Shown: positions 27,201-43,801 of the stretch, in pieces | Layout: every line of letters starts with the position of its first letter | Position numbering within the stretch: the stretch's first letter is position 1 | Notes under the pieces: model-generated | Database searches by the model: none | What the model was told of the DNA's origin: nothing | The model's input: the letters and a program-made list of their open reading frames with translations, nothing else | Made by a program: the position numbers and the translations under genes | Source of the DNA: Microbotryum violaceum | Taxonomy: Eukaryota | DNA: 64,000 nucleotides | NCBI GenBank assembly: GCA_001244265.2 | Contig: CDLV01000017.1 | Span: 186,001-250,000 of the forward strand | Reading direction: 5' to 3'

Positions 27201-29653
27201 AGCTTTGAGCGCTCGCTGGGAGATGGCGGTGTGTGCGATAGCGTATCTCGTAGTGCGGATGCAGCGAGATCGGAGTGTTGGATCAGGAGGCTCACCTTAT
27301 GTGGTCAGGTCGTTTTGTGTGGGATGGTACATCGCTGAGAAATGCGGTGCGAAGTCGAACCAGGCGTCTCACAACGCGTTGGCGGTGCAGAAGCTACCTC
27401 AGCATGTTACGAATGCTTGGCGACCACGATAACCGGCATACTGCTTAGTGTTGTCGGTTACTTGCAGCTGCTGGCGGCGGAGAAGCATCAGTTCTTGCAG
27501 GTTGAAGACGGAGACGAAAAAGATCCACGGCCAGACCCGTGATCAGTTTGGCTGCGAGCTGCTTTTGCCGGCGGCGAGTTGTGAGCTACAGCCAACGGTC
27601 GTAAGCCGCCCCCCTGTCGAGGTGGATTCCCCCACTTTCGTCAACGGAGCCAACGGAGCTAACGGAGCCCACAAGTTCCGACAAATTGATGGGAACTCGG
27701 CGGAGGTTCAAACTACACATTCAAACTAGCTAAAAATACTTGTGGGCGGCCTATAAAAAAAAGGTGGCTACCGCGTGACTGGGTCACTTGAAATTCGGAT
27801 TGGGTCCATTTCCTCGCATCTCGCTCGCATCTCGCTCGCATCTCGCATCTCGCGGGCCGTTCTTGTTGTCATCGTCGAATTGCATCTAGGAACATGAACC
27901 GGGGGCAATATAGTGGTTTCGACAACAAATCAAAAAGGTGGTCTCCCCATCTCTCTCTCCGGCTCTCTCAATAAGGCAGTGGTTTAGCACACCCCGCCGG
28001 TATTTCTCTGCGGGAACAGAGGTCGCGGATCCGAAGTGATCGGTACGATAACAACGACAGCAAAGTTTTTCTGGGGGCGAACTCGTGTGGGTCAGAAGCT
28101 CTGGGCGAGAGCCCTGCTGCCCCGAGACCGCGATGTGACCCGCTTAGCTATAGGTAGGTACCTCCCAATTTCCATCTTCACTTCACTCGACATCACTTCA
28201 TTTTGTTAGATGTGGGGTCTGAGAGCCTAACTCATTGCTATTAGTCTTGGTTATTCTTCATTCTGCGCGCGCGCCTATCTTTGTCTTGGCGTCCTTTTTC
28301 CTTCTGGGTTCCTTCTCCACGCTATTCTCATCATCTCACTCGTGTATCTCGGAGCTGAGTCGTGGAGTACCTCTAAGCCCTTGTTGTAAAACATTTGAAA
28401 AGCGCCCTACCGCAGCCTTCCAGAATCGAGTAGACAAGTCATACACAGACAAGATGTCTATGGGAGACCTCGAATCCTGTTAGAGTCAGAATTTATCTCG
28501 GTTATTAAATTAAGTCTGGGCCTGTAGCCACACAGGCCACCAAAAGGGAGCAGTAATTAAGATGTAAATTCATTACGAACTGAGCCCTTTAGCTGTTGTA
28601 GGCCCCTGACTATGATAGATCCCCACTGTCTCGCTACCTCAAACACGTTTACAGACCTTTCAGTTTTCGGGGAATACGCAAAGGATGCGCCTTCACTCGT
28701 CATACTGCTGTATTCTGTGCCCTCTCTTCAAATCGTAACATCGTGATCGCGCGACTGATCGTGTCGCCTCGGCGCTTACTAGTCGTCATTCTTCTGCGCG
28801 GCTGTTTGCTCTTGGTAGCTTCCTCATGACTCGCTTTACATGGTCGATTTGACCAATCCTCTCTCTTATCGAAAGATCAGGCACTCTACTGGTATGATCA
28901 CTCGCGCTACATTGCGGTGGCTCTAACGTCTCTCTCTCCTATCGTTTCCCTATCGTTTAGTGATCTTGGCTCCTAGGCGTCGCTACTTCTCTCCTATATC
29001 GGCAGACTACCTTTCGCGCTCGGACCGTTTCTAAGTGCCAAATCCGAATCCGAATCATAAACCTCGAACTTTGCGCCGTTTTTCGGCACTCCCGGGTGGC
29101 TAGACACGCGAGTGAGTATTATCTACTGTCACAAAAGAGAGAGGGAAGAAGGACACGAGTCGATGCGTCGGTGGTGAAAATATGACCCGGGCGACCCGGG
29201 CGACCCGGGCGATTGATGACCAGTTGATCATCCCCCGCGCGCTCGCACCTCAGCCGAGGCGGACTAAGTCGACCCACCGGCAGGGGCACGACAAGTAACG
29301 GGTCGTTCGTGCTCAGAGTAGTACGAGCAGGTTCGGGGTGGTTTGCTTGTCACCCTGCAAGACTTTGTTGGCCACATAGTCGGCAGCTATAGGCGCTCGT
29401 GCGGCTGCCGGTCAAGGCGGGCTCGGGAAACGAGGTCTCCTTTCGACAGACGGGAGCAGCAGCAGCAGAGAACCTCGGCTGCCGAGCCGCAGCGGCAAGT
29501 GGCTGGTACCTAGTGGACCCGAGCGTCGCACCACTGTTGTCCTCTCCTCCCCCTTTCATCAGTGAATCATCACCTCCCGCCCGCCACCCACGTACACCGT
29601 TGCACACCCTCGAACCAAGTCTCACCTCGACGTCATCATCCCCCCCCTTTTCC

Positions 29654-30614
29654 ATGAGCATGCCCTCCACTTCCTCGGTCGACCAGCACCGTGCCCCCCG
29701 AGCTCGCGCCGCCTTGTACGACGTTGCGATGCGTCGCAGCATCGAGCTCCCGGACGAGGCTCTCGGCAACATCCTCGACCTCGTGGAATCGACCGAGTCC
29801 TCTCCCCACCCCGGGAAGAACGACCAAGTATTTTACGTTCAGTCGTGGCGGTTGAAGATTGAGGAGCTCGCTCGCGTCGTTGGCGCCTTGGGCCTCGCCA
29901 TTTCCCCGGCTTGGTCCAAGCTCGTCGACCAAGAAGATTCTCCAAGTAAGTTTTCATTCGTTATGCGGGCATGACGCGAGGGAACAACCCCCATCTTCGA
30001 TTGTTGAAGGACAACAAGAAGAGAACAACGTCGATGCTGGGGGCATTCTTGATGGCTTTGCGCGTCGAAGTACCTGACGCCTACAACAACGCGGCGAAAG
30101 CGTTCAAGGTACGTCGTTGGGTATTCGGATCAGCGTTGGCGTCCGTTGTCCCAGGTTGACTGACGGGGGACTCACAAATCTTGGATCTTCGTGCAGGTTC
30201 GCAACGCTCGACTGGCCGAGTCGGCAACTCGCGACGAACGCGATCTCGGCGAACGTGTGCTCGTCTCTTTCTTTGGTCGGGAGCAATTGCTCCACGTCCA
30301 GTGGGGTGGACACTATGGCCAGTACGATCCCGAGTCGCAGGTATTCGAATTCAACGAGACCCACCACTCGGGTTACTTTGCTTTGTTCGAGACGCACGTT
30401 GGAGGATGTGGTGGGGCGGGTGCTTGCCCTCTGCGACCCGCTTCGCCTCGCCTGCTGCCACCATCCCGAGACAAAGTAGCTCTTTCCCTGTCCCACCACA
30501 CTGGCCCATTCTTTCCACTCGTCACAGGTCGACCTCTAGTTGCCAAACTTGAGGACGTATTCGGTATCCCGAGCTTCCAGAGGCGAAGAACCTGGCCTTG
30601 GCGGGCGGGAGAAT
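29654..30614 (+). pseudogene. F-box-like hypothetical gene cut at its 3' end by the Copia LTR (left-arm copy)
   Basis: ELPDEALGNILDLV motif; likely introns (gtaagt ~29946; gtacgt ~30109 to cag ~30196); ORF runs into LTR start TGTTGT. Confidence 0.5.
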
Positions 30615-33259
<2,645 letters not shown>

Positions 33260-33295
33260 CTCTCCACCACCTGAACCAAACCCTGCCTCCCTTAT

Positions 33296-33972
33296 CTACT
33301 TCTTCTCTTCTTCATCCTCCTCTTCTTTCTCAGATCCTCCCAGCCATTCATTCTCAAACGCCTCGTCCAATTCCGAGTCACTTGAGTCGGAACCCCACGG
33401 TTGACGGTATGCCTGGTCGCCCATGAAGTTGAGTTGATCCGGGTGGTCCCCAATTGTCCCACCTGTCGTCTTTGGGCACTCGCGAATACTATGCCCCATT
33501 TCCCGGCAGTTGAAGCAGCGACCCTCATCAATGCACTGTTGTCGGGCCTCAGCTGTCAATGGTGTGCGCCTTGCCATGTTTGATTTGAGATCCCGTGGCG
33601 AGCGAGTGATACGGGAGTTGGTGACGGACACTTGACCTTTCCACTCGAGTCCCAGCAAGGAAGCGACCGCCGTCATGTGTCCAATGAGCGAGTTCACTGT
33701 GAATGTTGAGAGTGTAAAGCCGGCAGTTGAGGTGGTACGCGCATACAGTAGGTCGTTGGCGTGATGTAGCAAGTGTTGTTTGAATTGGTCGTCATTGATG
33801 AACTTTCCCCCGTCCTTGCCAATACCCAAGGTTGCGCGCCGACTCGCTAGCTTCGCAGCGTACGTAGTGAAAGAATCCGACCCTTGTTGCGTACGGTAGA
33901 AGTCGTGCTCGGCGGTGAGCACAAAGCCCGAGTCCAGGAACCGTTCCCTCACCTCAGCCGCAAAGGCATCCC
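33296..33972 (-). CDS. Ty3/Gypsy-type gag (capsid-like part plus CCHC knuckle), 5' part lost at the fold-back junction
   Basis: WDAFAAEVRERFL..QQGSDSFTTYAAKL; RCFNCREMGHSIRECP; acidic tail; stop ~25 bp before the PPT. Confidence 0.8.
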
Positions 33973-34298
33973 AATCAAACATGGCAAGGCGCACACCATT
34001 GACAGCTGAGGCCCGACAACAGTGCATTGATGAGGGTCGCTGCTTCAACTGCCGGGAAATGGGGCATAGTATTCGCGAGTGCCCAAAGACGACAGGTGGG
34101 ACAATTGGGGACCACCCGGATCAACTCAACTTCATGGGCGACCAGGCATACCGTCAACCGTGGGGTTCCGACTCAAGTGACTCGGAATTGGACGAGGCGT
34201 TTGAGAATGAATGGCTGGGAGGATCTGAGAAAGAAGAGGAGGATGAAGAAGAGAAGAAGTAGATAAGGGAGGCAGGGTTTGGTTCAGGTGGTGGAGAG

Positions 34299-36944
<2,646 letters not shown>

Positions 36945-37909
36945 ATTCTCCCGCCCGCCAAGGCCAGGTTCTTCGCCTCTGGAAGCTCGGGGATACCGAA
37001 TACGTCCTCAAGTTTGGCAACTAGAGGTCGACCTGTGACGAGTGGAAAGAATGGGCCAGTGTGGTGGGACAGGGAAAGAGCTACTTTGTCTCGGGGATGG
37101 TGGCAGCAGGCGAGGCGAAGCGGGTCGCAGAGGGCAAGCACCCGCCCCACCACATCCTCCAACGTGCGTCTCGAACAAAGCAAAGTAACCCGAGTGGTGG
37201 GTCTCGTTGAATTCGAATACCTGCGACTCGGGATCGTACTGGCCATAGTGTCCACCCCACTGGACGTGGAGCAATTGCTCCCGACCAAAGAAAGAGACGA
37301 GCACACGTTCGCCGAGATCGCGTTCGTCGCGAGTTGCCGACTCGGCCAGTCGAGCGTTGCGAACCTGCACGAAGATCCAAGATTTGTGAGTCCCCCGTCA
37401 GTCAACCTGGGACAACGGACGCCAACGCTGATCCGAATACCCAACGACGTACCTTGAACGCTTTCGCCGCGTTGTTGTAGGCGTCAGGTACTTCGACGCG
37501 CAAAGCCATCAAGAATGCCCCCAGCATCGACGTTGTTCTCTTCTTGTTGTCCTTCAACAATCGAAGATGGGGGTTGTTCCCTCGCGTCATGCCCGCATAA
37601 CGAATGAAAACTTACTTGGAGAATCTTCTTGGTCGACGAGCTTGGACCAAGCCGGGGAAATGGCGAGGCCCAAGGCGCCAACGACGCGAGCGAGCTCCTC
37701 AATCTTCAACCGCCACGACTGAACGTAAAATACTTGGTCGTTCTTCCCGGGGTGGGGAGAGGACTCGGTCGATTCCACGAGGTCGAGGATGTTGCCGAGA
37801 GCCTCGTCCGGGAGCTCGATGCTGCGACGCATCGCAACGTCGTACAAGGCGGCGCGAGCTCGGGGTGGGCACGGTGCTGGTCGACCGAGGAAGTGGAGGG
37901 CATGCTCAT
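36945..37909 (-). pseudogene. Mirror copy of F-box-like gene, frameshifted relative to the left copy
   Basis: Same sequence with extra bases in G/C runs. Confidence 0.5.
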
Positions 37910-40002
37910 GGAAAAGGGGGGGGGATGATGACGTCGAGGTGAGACTTGGTTCGAGGGTGTGCAACGGTGTACGTGGGTGGCGGGCGGGAGGTGATGATTC
38001 ACTGATGAAAGGGGGAGGAGAGGACAACAGTGGTGCGACGCTCGGGGTCCACTAGGTACCAGCCACTTGCCGCTGCGGCTCGGCAGCCGAGGTTCTCTGC
38101 TGCTGCTGCTCCCGTCTGTCGAAAGGAGACCTCGTTTCCCGAGCCCGCCTTGACCGGCAGCCGCACGAGCGCCTATAGCTGCCGACTATGTGGCCAACAA
38201 AGTCTTGCAGGGTGACAAGCAAACCACCCCGAACCTGCTCGTACTACTCTGAGCACGAACGACCCGTTACTTGTCGTGCCCCTGCCGGTGGGTCGACTTA
38301 GTCCGCCTCGGCTGAGGTGCGAGCGCGCGGGGGGATGATCAACTGGTCATCAATCGCCCGGGTCGCCCGGGTCGCCCGGGTCATATTTTCACCACCGACG
38401 CATCGACTCGTGTCCTTCTTCCCTCTCTCTTTTGTGACAGTAGATAATACTCACTCGCGTGTCTAGCCACCCGGGAGTGCCGAAAAACGGCGCAAAGTTC
38501 GAGGTTTATGATTCGGATTCGGATTTGGCACTTAGAAACGGTCCGAGCGCGAAAGGTAGTCTGCCGATATAGGAGAGAAGTAGCGACGCCTAGGAGCCAA
38601 GATCACTAAACGATAGGGAAACGATAGGAGAGAGAGACGTTAGAGCCACCGCAATGTAGCGCGAGTGATCATACCAGTAGAGTGCCTGATCTTTCGATAA
38701 GAGAGAGGATTGGTCAAATCGACCATGTAAAGCGAGTCATGAGGAAGCTACCAAGAGCAAACAGCCGCGCAGAAGAATGACGACTAGTAAGCGCCGAGGC
38801 GACACGATCAGTCGCGCGATCACGATGTTACGATTTGAAGAGAGGGCACAGAATACAGCAGTATGACGAGTGAAGGCGCATCCTTTGCGTATTCCCCGAA
38901 AACTGAAAGGTCTGTAAACGTGTTTGAGGTAGCGAGACAGTGGGGATCTATCATAGTCAGGGGCCTACAACAGCTAAAGGGCTCAGTTCGTAATGAATTT
39001 ACATCTTAATTACTGCTCCCTTTTGGTGGCCTGTGTGGCTACAGGCCCAGACTTAATTTAATAACCGAGATAAATTCTGACTCTAACAGGATTCGAGGTC
39101 TCCCATAGACATCTTGTCTGTGTATGACTTGTCTACTCGATTCTGGAAGGCTGCGGTAGGGCGCTTTTCAAATGTTTTACAACAAGGGCTTAGAGGTACT
39201 CCACGACTCAGCTCCGAGATACACGAGTGAGATGATGAGAATAGCGTGGAGAAGGAACCCAGAAGGAAAAAGGACGCCAAGACAAAGATAGGCGCGCGCG
39301 CAGAATGAAGAATAACCAAGACTAATAGCAATGAGTTAGGCTCTCAGACCCCACATCTAACAAAATGAAGTGATGTCGAGTGAAGTGAAGATGGAAATTG
39401 GGAGGTACCTACCTATAGCTAAGCGGGTCACATCGCGGTCTCGGGGCAGCAGGGCTCTCGCCCAGAGCTTCTGACCCACACGAGTTCGCCCCCAGAAAAA
39501 CTTTGCTGTCGTTGTTATCGTACCGATCACTTCGGATCCGCGACCTCTGTTCCCGCAGAGAAATACCGGCGGGGTGTGCTAAACCACTGCCTTATTGAGA
39601 GAGCCGGAGAGAGAGATGGGGAGACCACCTTTTTGATTTGTTGTCGAAACCACTATATTGCCCCCGGTTCATGTTCCTAGATGCAATTCGACGATGACAA
39701 CAAGAACGGCCCGCGAGATGCGAGATGCGAGCGAGATGCGAGCGAGATGCGAGGAAATGGACCCAATCCGAATTTCAAGTGACCCAGTCACGCGGTAGCC
39801 ACCTTTTTTTTATAGGCCGCCCACAAGTATTTTTAGCTAGTTTGAATGTGTAGTTTGAACCTCCGCCGAGTTCCCATCAATTTGTCGGAACTTATGACTC
39901 TCAACTCGCATCAACGTCTCAGCGGCCCACGACCCTCACTCGCCTTGAAGACCGGACTCTCGGTCGTTTGCATCCCCCCCCATTGCACGTTCACACAGCC
40001 AG

Positions 40003-41736
40003 GATGACAGGGCCAAACAAGAAAGTACTTGTCCTAGGTCAGTTACACAAGCCCTCACTCAGGTGCTGTAAAAGACCAGCTCCGCTAACAGCGCCCTACC
40101 CTCTCCTCCCGCCGTAACTGTCACCTGACCTCGGCCGTTCCACTCGGGCGCTCGGGTTCGCACGTCGGTGTACGCTGCGACTCGCTCCCACTCGTTCTCA
40201 CCCGCCATCCGTTCTGGAACAAGGTTCTGGTAACTTTGGATCGTACGTGGCTTCCCTGTCTCTACTGGGTCCAACAGTTTCGCTCCCATCACCGTTCGAG
40301 GACTATCCTCGGTCGTCGTCATCGACTCGGGATACCACACCAATCCCACTTCCCAGTCTTGGTCTCGATTTGTGCATCCCACTCCGGTGATAGCAGATTG
40401 TTTTCTCGTTTCTGATTCTCACGCTCCCCTCGCAGTTGTCTCGCCGACCACCTCGGTGACATCGAGCACAAGGTCTTCATCCACTGTCGCTCACAAGCGA
40501 CGATCGACTCGCTCAACACTCATCGCAAGAACCCAAAGTACCTCACCGACCACGAGTTCTCCGCGAACCTGACCGCGATCGGGCCCGAGCCACCCACGAC
40601 CGAGTTCTTGCAGGAATGTGACGTAATCGTCTTTGCGATCCCTACACAATCCATGAGGTTCGTGCCCCTACCGTGCCGAAACGAGTCAAGCAAGAAGAAT
40701 TTTGCTCACAATGATCTTTCCTTTGATGCAGATCCGTCCTCAAACCTCTCAAGCTCGAATCGATCAAAAACCTGCCTCTCCTCGTGTTCGTCAACAAAGG
40801 CATCGAGATCGGGACCAACAAGTTGCCTCTTGAAGTGATCGAGGAAACGTGCGGGCCCGAAGTCGCTCGCGTGTCGACATTCCTGGTCAGTAATCCGTAT
40901 AATGTCGAGCGATTTTGATCATACGCAGATAGCTCGTGCTGAAGACTGATGCGTTGTCGTTCAGAGTGGCCCCTCGTTCGCAAAAGAGATTGTCAAGCGA
41001 CAACCGACCCAAGTCTCGGTTGCCGCGCTTTCGGAGGAGCATGCGACCCGGACCGCTGAGCTGTTCCATCAACCCTGGTTCCGATGCTAGTACGTCGTCA
41101 GAGACTCTCGATTCAATCCGCTACTTTCCCTGGAGCATCCTCCTACTGATCACGATTATCCCTTGCTTCCCTTTTCGCAGCGTCAACCCAGACCCAATCG
41201 GGATCGAACTCGCCGGAGCCCTAAAGAACGTCTACGCCATCGCTTCGGGCGTCGCGTCTGGCCTAGGCTACGAATCCAACACCCGAGCCGGACTCGTCAC
41301 TCGAGGTTTAGCCGAAATGACCCGGATCGGAGTAGCGTACGGTGCGGACCCTTTGACGTTCCTCTCCCTCGCCGGAGTAGGCGATCTTTTCCTCACTTGT
41401 TCGTCGACCAAATCGCGTAACTTCACCGTTGGGGAGAGGTTGGGTAAAGGTGAAAATCTTGATCATATCATCGAGACGTTGGGTTCGGTCGCCGAAGGTG
41501 TCGATACCGCCAAATCGGCTTATGCGATGGTCAAGGAGAAGGGTATCGATGCGCCGATCTTGGAACATGTTTATCGGTGCTTATGGGAGGGGGAAACGGC
41601 GGGTGAGATGGCGAAAAGGCTGATGTCGTTGCGGATGATGAGCGAGATGGAAGGTATCCACGAAACGGGTAGTGCCGCAGCTAGCCCAAAGGGATCTCCC
41701 AAGAGCTCGGCAAGTGGGCTCAAGTTGGCTCCTTGA
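40003..41736 (+). CDS. NAD(P)-dependent glycerol-3-phosphate dehydrogenase (GpsA-like type), multi-exon
   Basis: Spliced KVLVLG/SGNFGS/CLADHL; NKGIE; SGPSFA; GIELAGALKNVYAIA; LAGVGDLFLTCSSTKSRN. Confidence 0.92.
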
Positions 41737-41891
41737 GAGGGGGGATGCATCAGAAGAGGAGGAATAACTTAAGAGGGTCTTAATCTACTTCGCGCAGCTG
41801 TATAATATCATCAAGATTTTATGTAATACCAATTTCCAGCTATCGGCAAGGGATTGTTCATCTCAGTGCCAGTCTTCCGTCCGACGGGTGT

Positions 41892-43303
41892 CTAAGCAAA
41901 GATGGCCAAACGAGGGTCGATGTCTCCAGGGTTGTTGAAGCGCAGGCCGATATCAAGCTTCTCGATCGCCTTCAAGTCCTCAGCGTCCAAGTCGAACTCG
42001 ACGCTGGCCAAGTTGGCCTCGGCGCGCTTATCGTTGTTGGACTTGGGGATGATGGCCACGTTCCTTTGCGTTGCCCATCGGAACAAGACCTGACCTTCGC
42101 CCTTGCCGTGCTTGGACGCGATCTTCTTGATCACGTCGTGTTCGAGCAACGAAGGGGTCTTGACGGCGCCCGGGTGATCGAGCTCCAAGAAGGATTGGGG
42201 TCCGAGGGACGAGTACGCCGTCACGGCCATGCCCAACGTCTCTTGCGCGAGCTTGAGCAAGGCCGGCTGTTGCAGGTAGGGGTGGTGCTCGATTTGCAAG
42301 ACCGAGGGCTGAGGGAAAACCAAAGCAGTGTTGGGTTTTCAGCGCGGTACTTGATCTAGTTCAACACAGTTATTGTTGTGTGACTAACCTTGACCTTGGC
42401 TGAGCGGAACAAGTCGATCAACAAGCCACCGCAGAAGTTGCTGACACCGATGTTCTTGGCCAGACCTTGGTTGTGCACGTCCTCCATTCCTCGCCACGTG
42501 TCTGAGATGGGGTCGTTCGAAGGCGTGACCTTGCCTCCCGGCTTTCCGTCCCACCACTCGGGGGGAAAGCGGGTGTTGGGGTCGACGTATTCGAGCGAGA
42601 CGGGGAAGTGAATCAAGTAAAGGTCAAAATAGTCGAGGCCCCACAAGCTGAGCTCCTGTTGGAGGCGGGCCGAAGTGATTCTCCATCAGTGCGGTGTTCA
42701 GACTTGAAAGGGTAGGTTTGAGGAGAATCACGAACATGTTTGGCAGCCGGCACAACGTGCTCGTAAGCGTGGTTGGTGTTCCACAGCTTGGAGGTGACAA
42801 AGACCTCCTCGCGGGTGACGACACCGTCCTTGATCGCACGGGCTAATCCCTCTCCGGCCTCCTTGGAATTGCCGTAGTCAGCAGCACTGCACACAGAAAC
42901 GATGTTCAGCGGACAGTACTCGAGGAAAGCAAGAAAAGTGCAAAAGCCAGCGGTGCGCACCCATCGAGAAGACGGTAGCCAAGCTTGAGAGCGTTGTAGA
43001 CAACGTCAGCGCATTGCGGCTTGGGAACCTGTTGAAAAATATAAGCTGCATCAGTACAGAGCAGAGCCCTTCCCTTTGACGGATGTCATTCTCCGTTCTG
43101 AAGAGGAGAAGCCAGCGCCGTAGTCGGCTCGAGGGGGGAAAAGCCAGAAGGGACGAGCGAGAATAGGAAGCGACGAGCGAGGATGGGAAGCGACGAGCGA
43201 GGATGGGAAGCGACGAGCGAGAATGGGAAGCACCGACCTTCCACAAGCCAAAGCCGACGGTGGGCATGGAGCCATTGGCGATCTTGAGACTCTTGACGGG
43301 CAT
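41892..43303 (-). CDS. Aldo-keto reductase, xylose-reductase-like, multi-exon
   Basis: [59 protein letters not shown]. Confidence 0.92.
43152..43231. repeat. 20-bp tandem repeat (gacgagcgaggatgggaagc, ~4 copies) at the start of AKR intron 1
   Basis: Direct reading. Confidence 0.85.
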
Positions 43304-43801
43304 GATGATTGGTGGCTTTTTGCTTTTTGTGAGGTGGAAGCCAAGAAGCGGACGCGGAAACGGCGATCGATGACTTCGAGTGCGACGACCAGCGTGCGCT
43401 AAAACTATCCCTGACGTAACCACGCCGTAATAATGACATAATTCACCCGAGCCTCCGACGGCGCTGAACGGCCCGCCGGCCGGCCGGAGCTCGTATTTAT
43501 AGTCACGAGAAGAAATTCAAATCGATCATCGATCCCGTACACCTTGCGATTGCATGGCACTGAACTCCTGTAGAGCAAAATGCTCGGTTTTACACTAACT
43601 TATATAACTTGCTAAGAAATCGACGAGCGGATACAATTTCCAGTGATTGCCTTCGCACATCCCACAACCCTTAGGTGACTAGGGGACTACACGCCCAAAA
43701 ATATGCCAACCACGATCACTGGTATAAATAAAGAATTAATAAATGGAAAGAAACTCGACCCCAAACTTCCAAGGGTTGAAGAAGAAAATGGCCGTCGCGC
43801 C

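Noticed and set aside
27670-27676. CACTA or Tc1/mariner assignment for the palindrome ends
   Set aside because: CAC/CAT ends differ, no 2-3-bp TSD, and TA is present on one side only
28478-28740. Possible solo LTR (TGTTAG...GTAACA)
   Set aside because: Flanks aatcc/tcgtg give no TSD; no PBS or PPT seen
33915-34262. 115-aa plus-strand zinc-knuckle ORF as a separate gene
   Set aside because: It is the mirrored gag 3' end created by the fold-back
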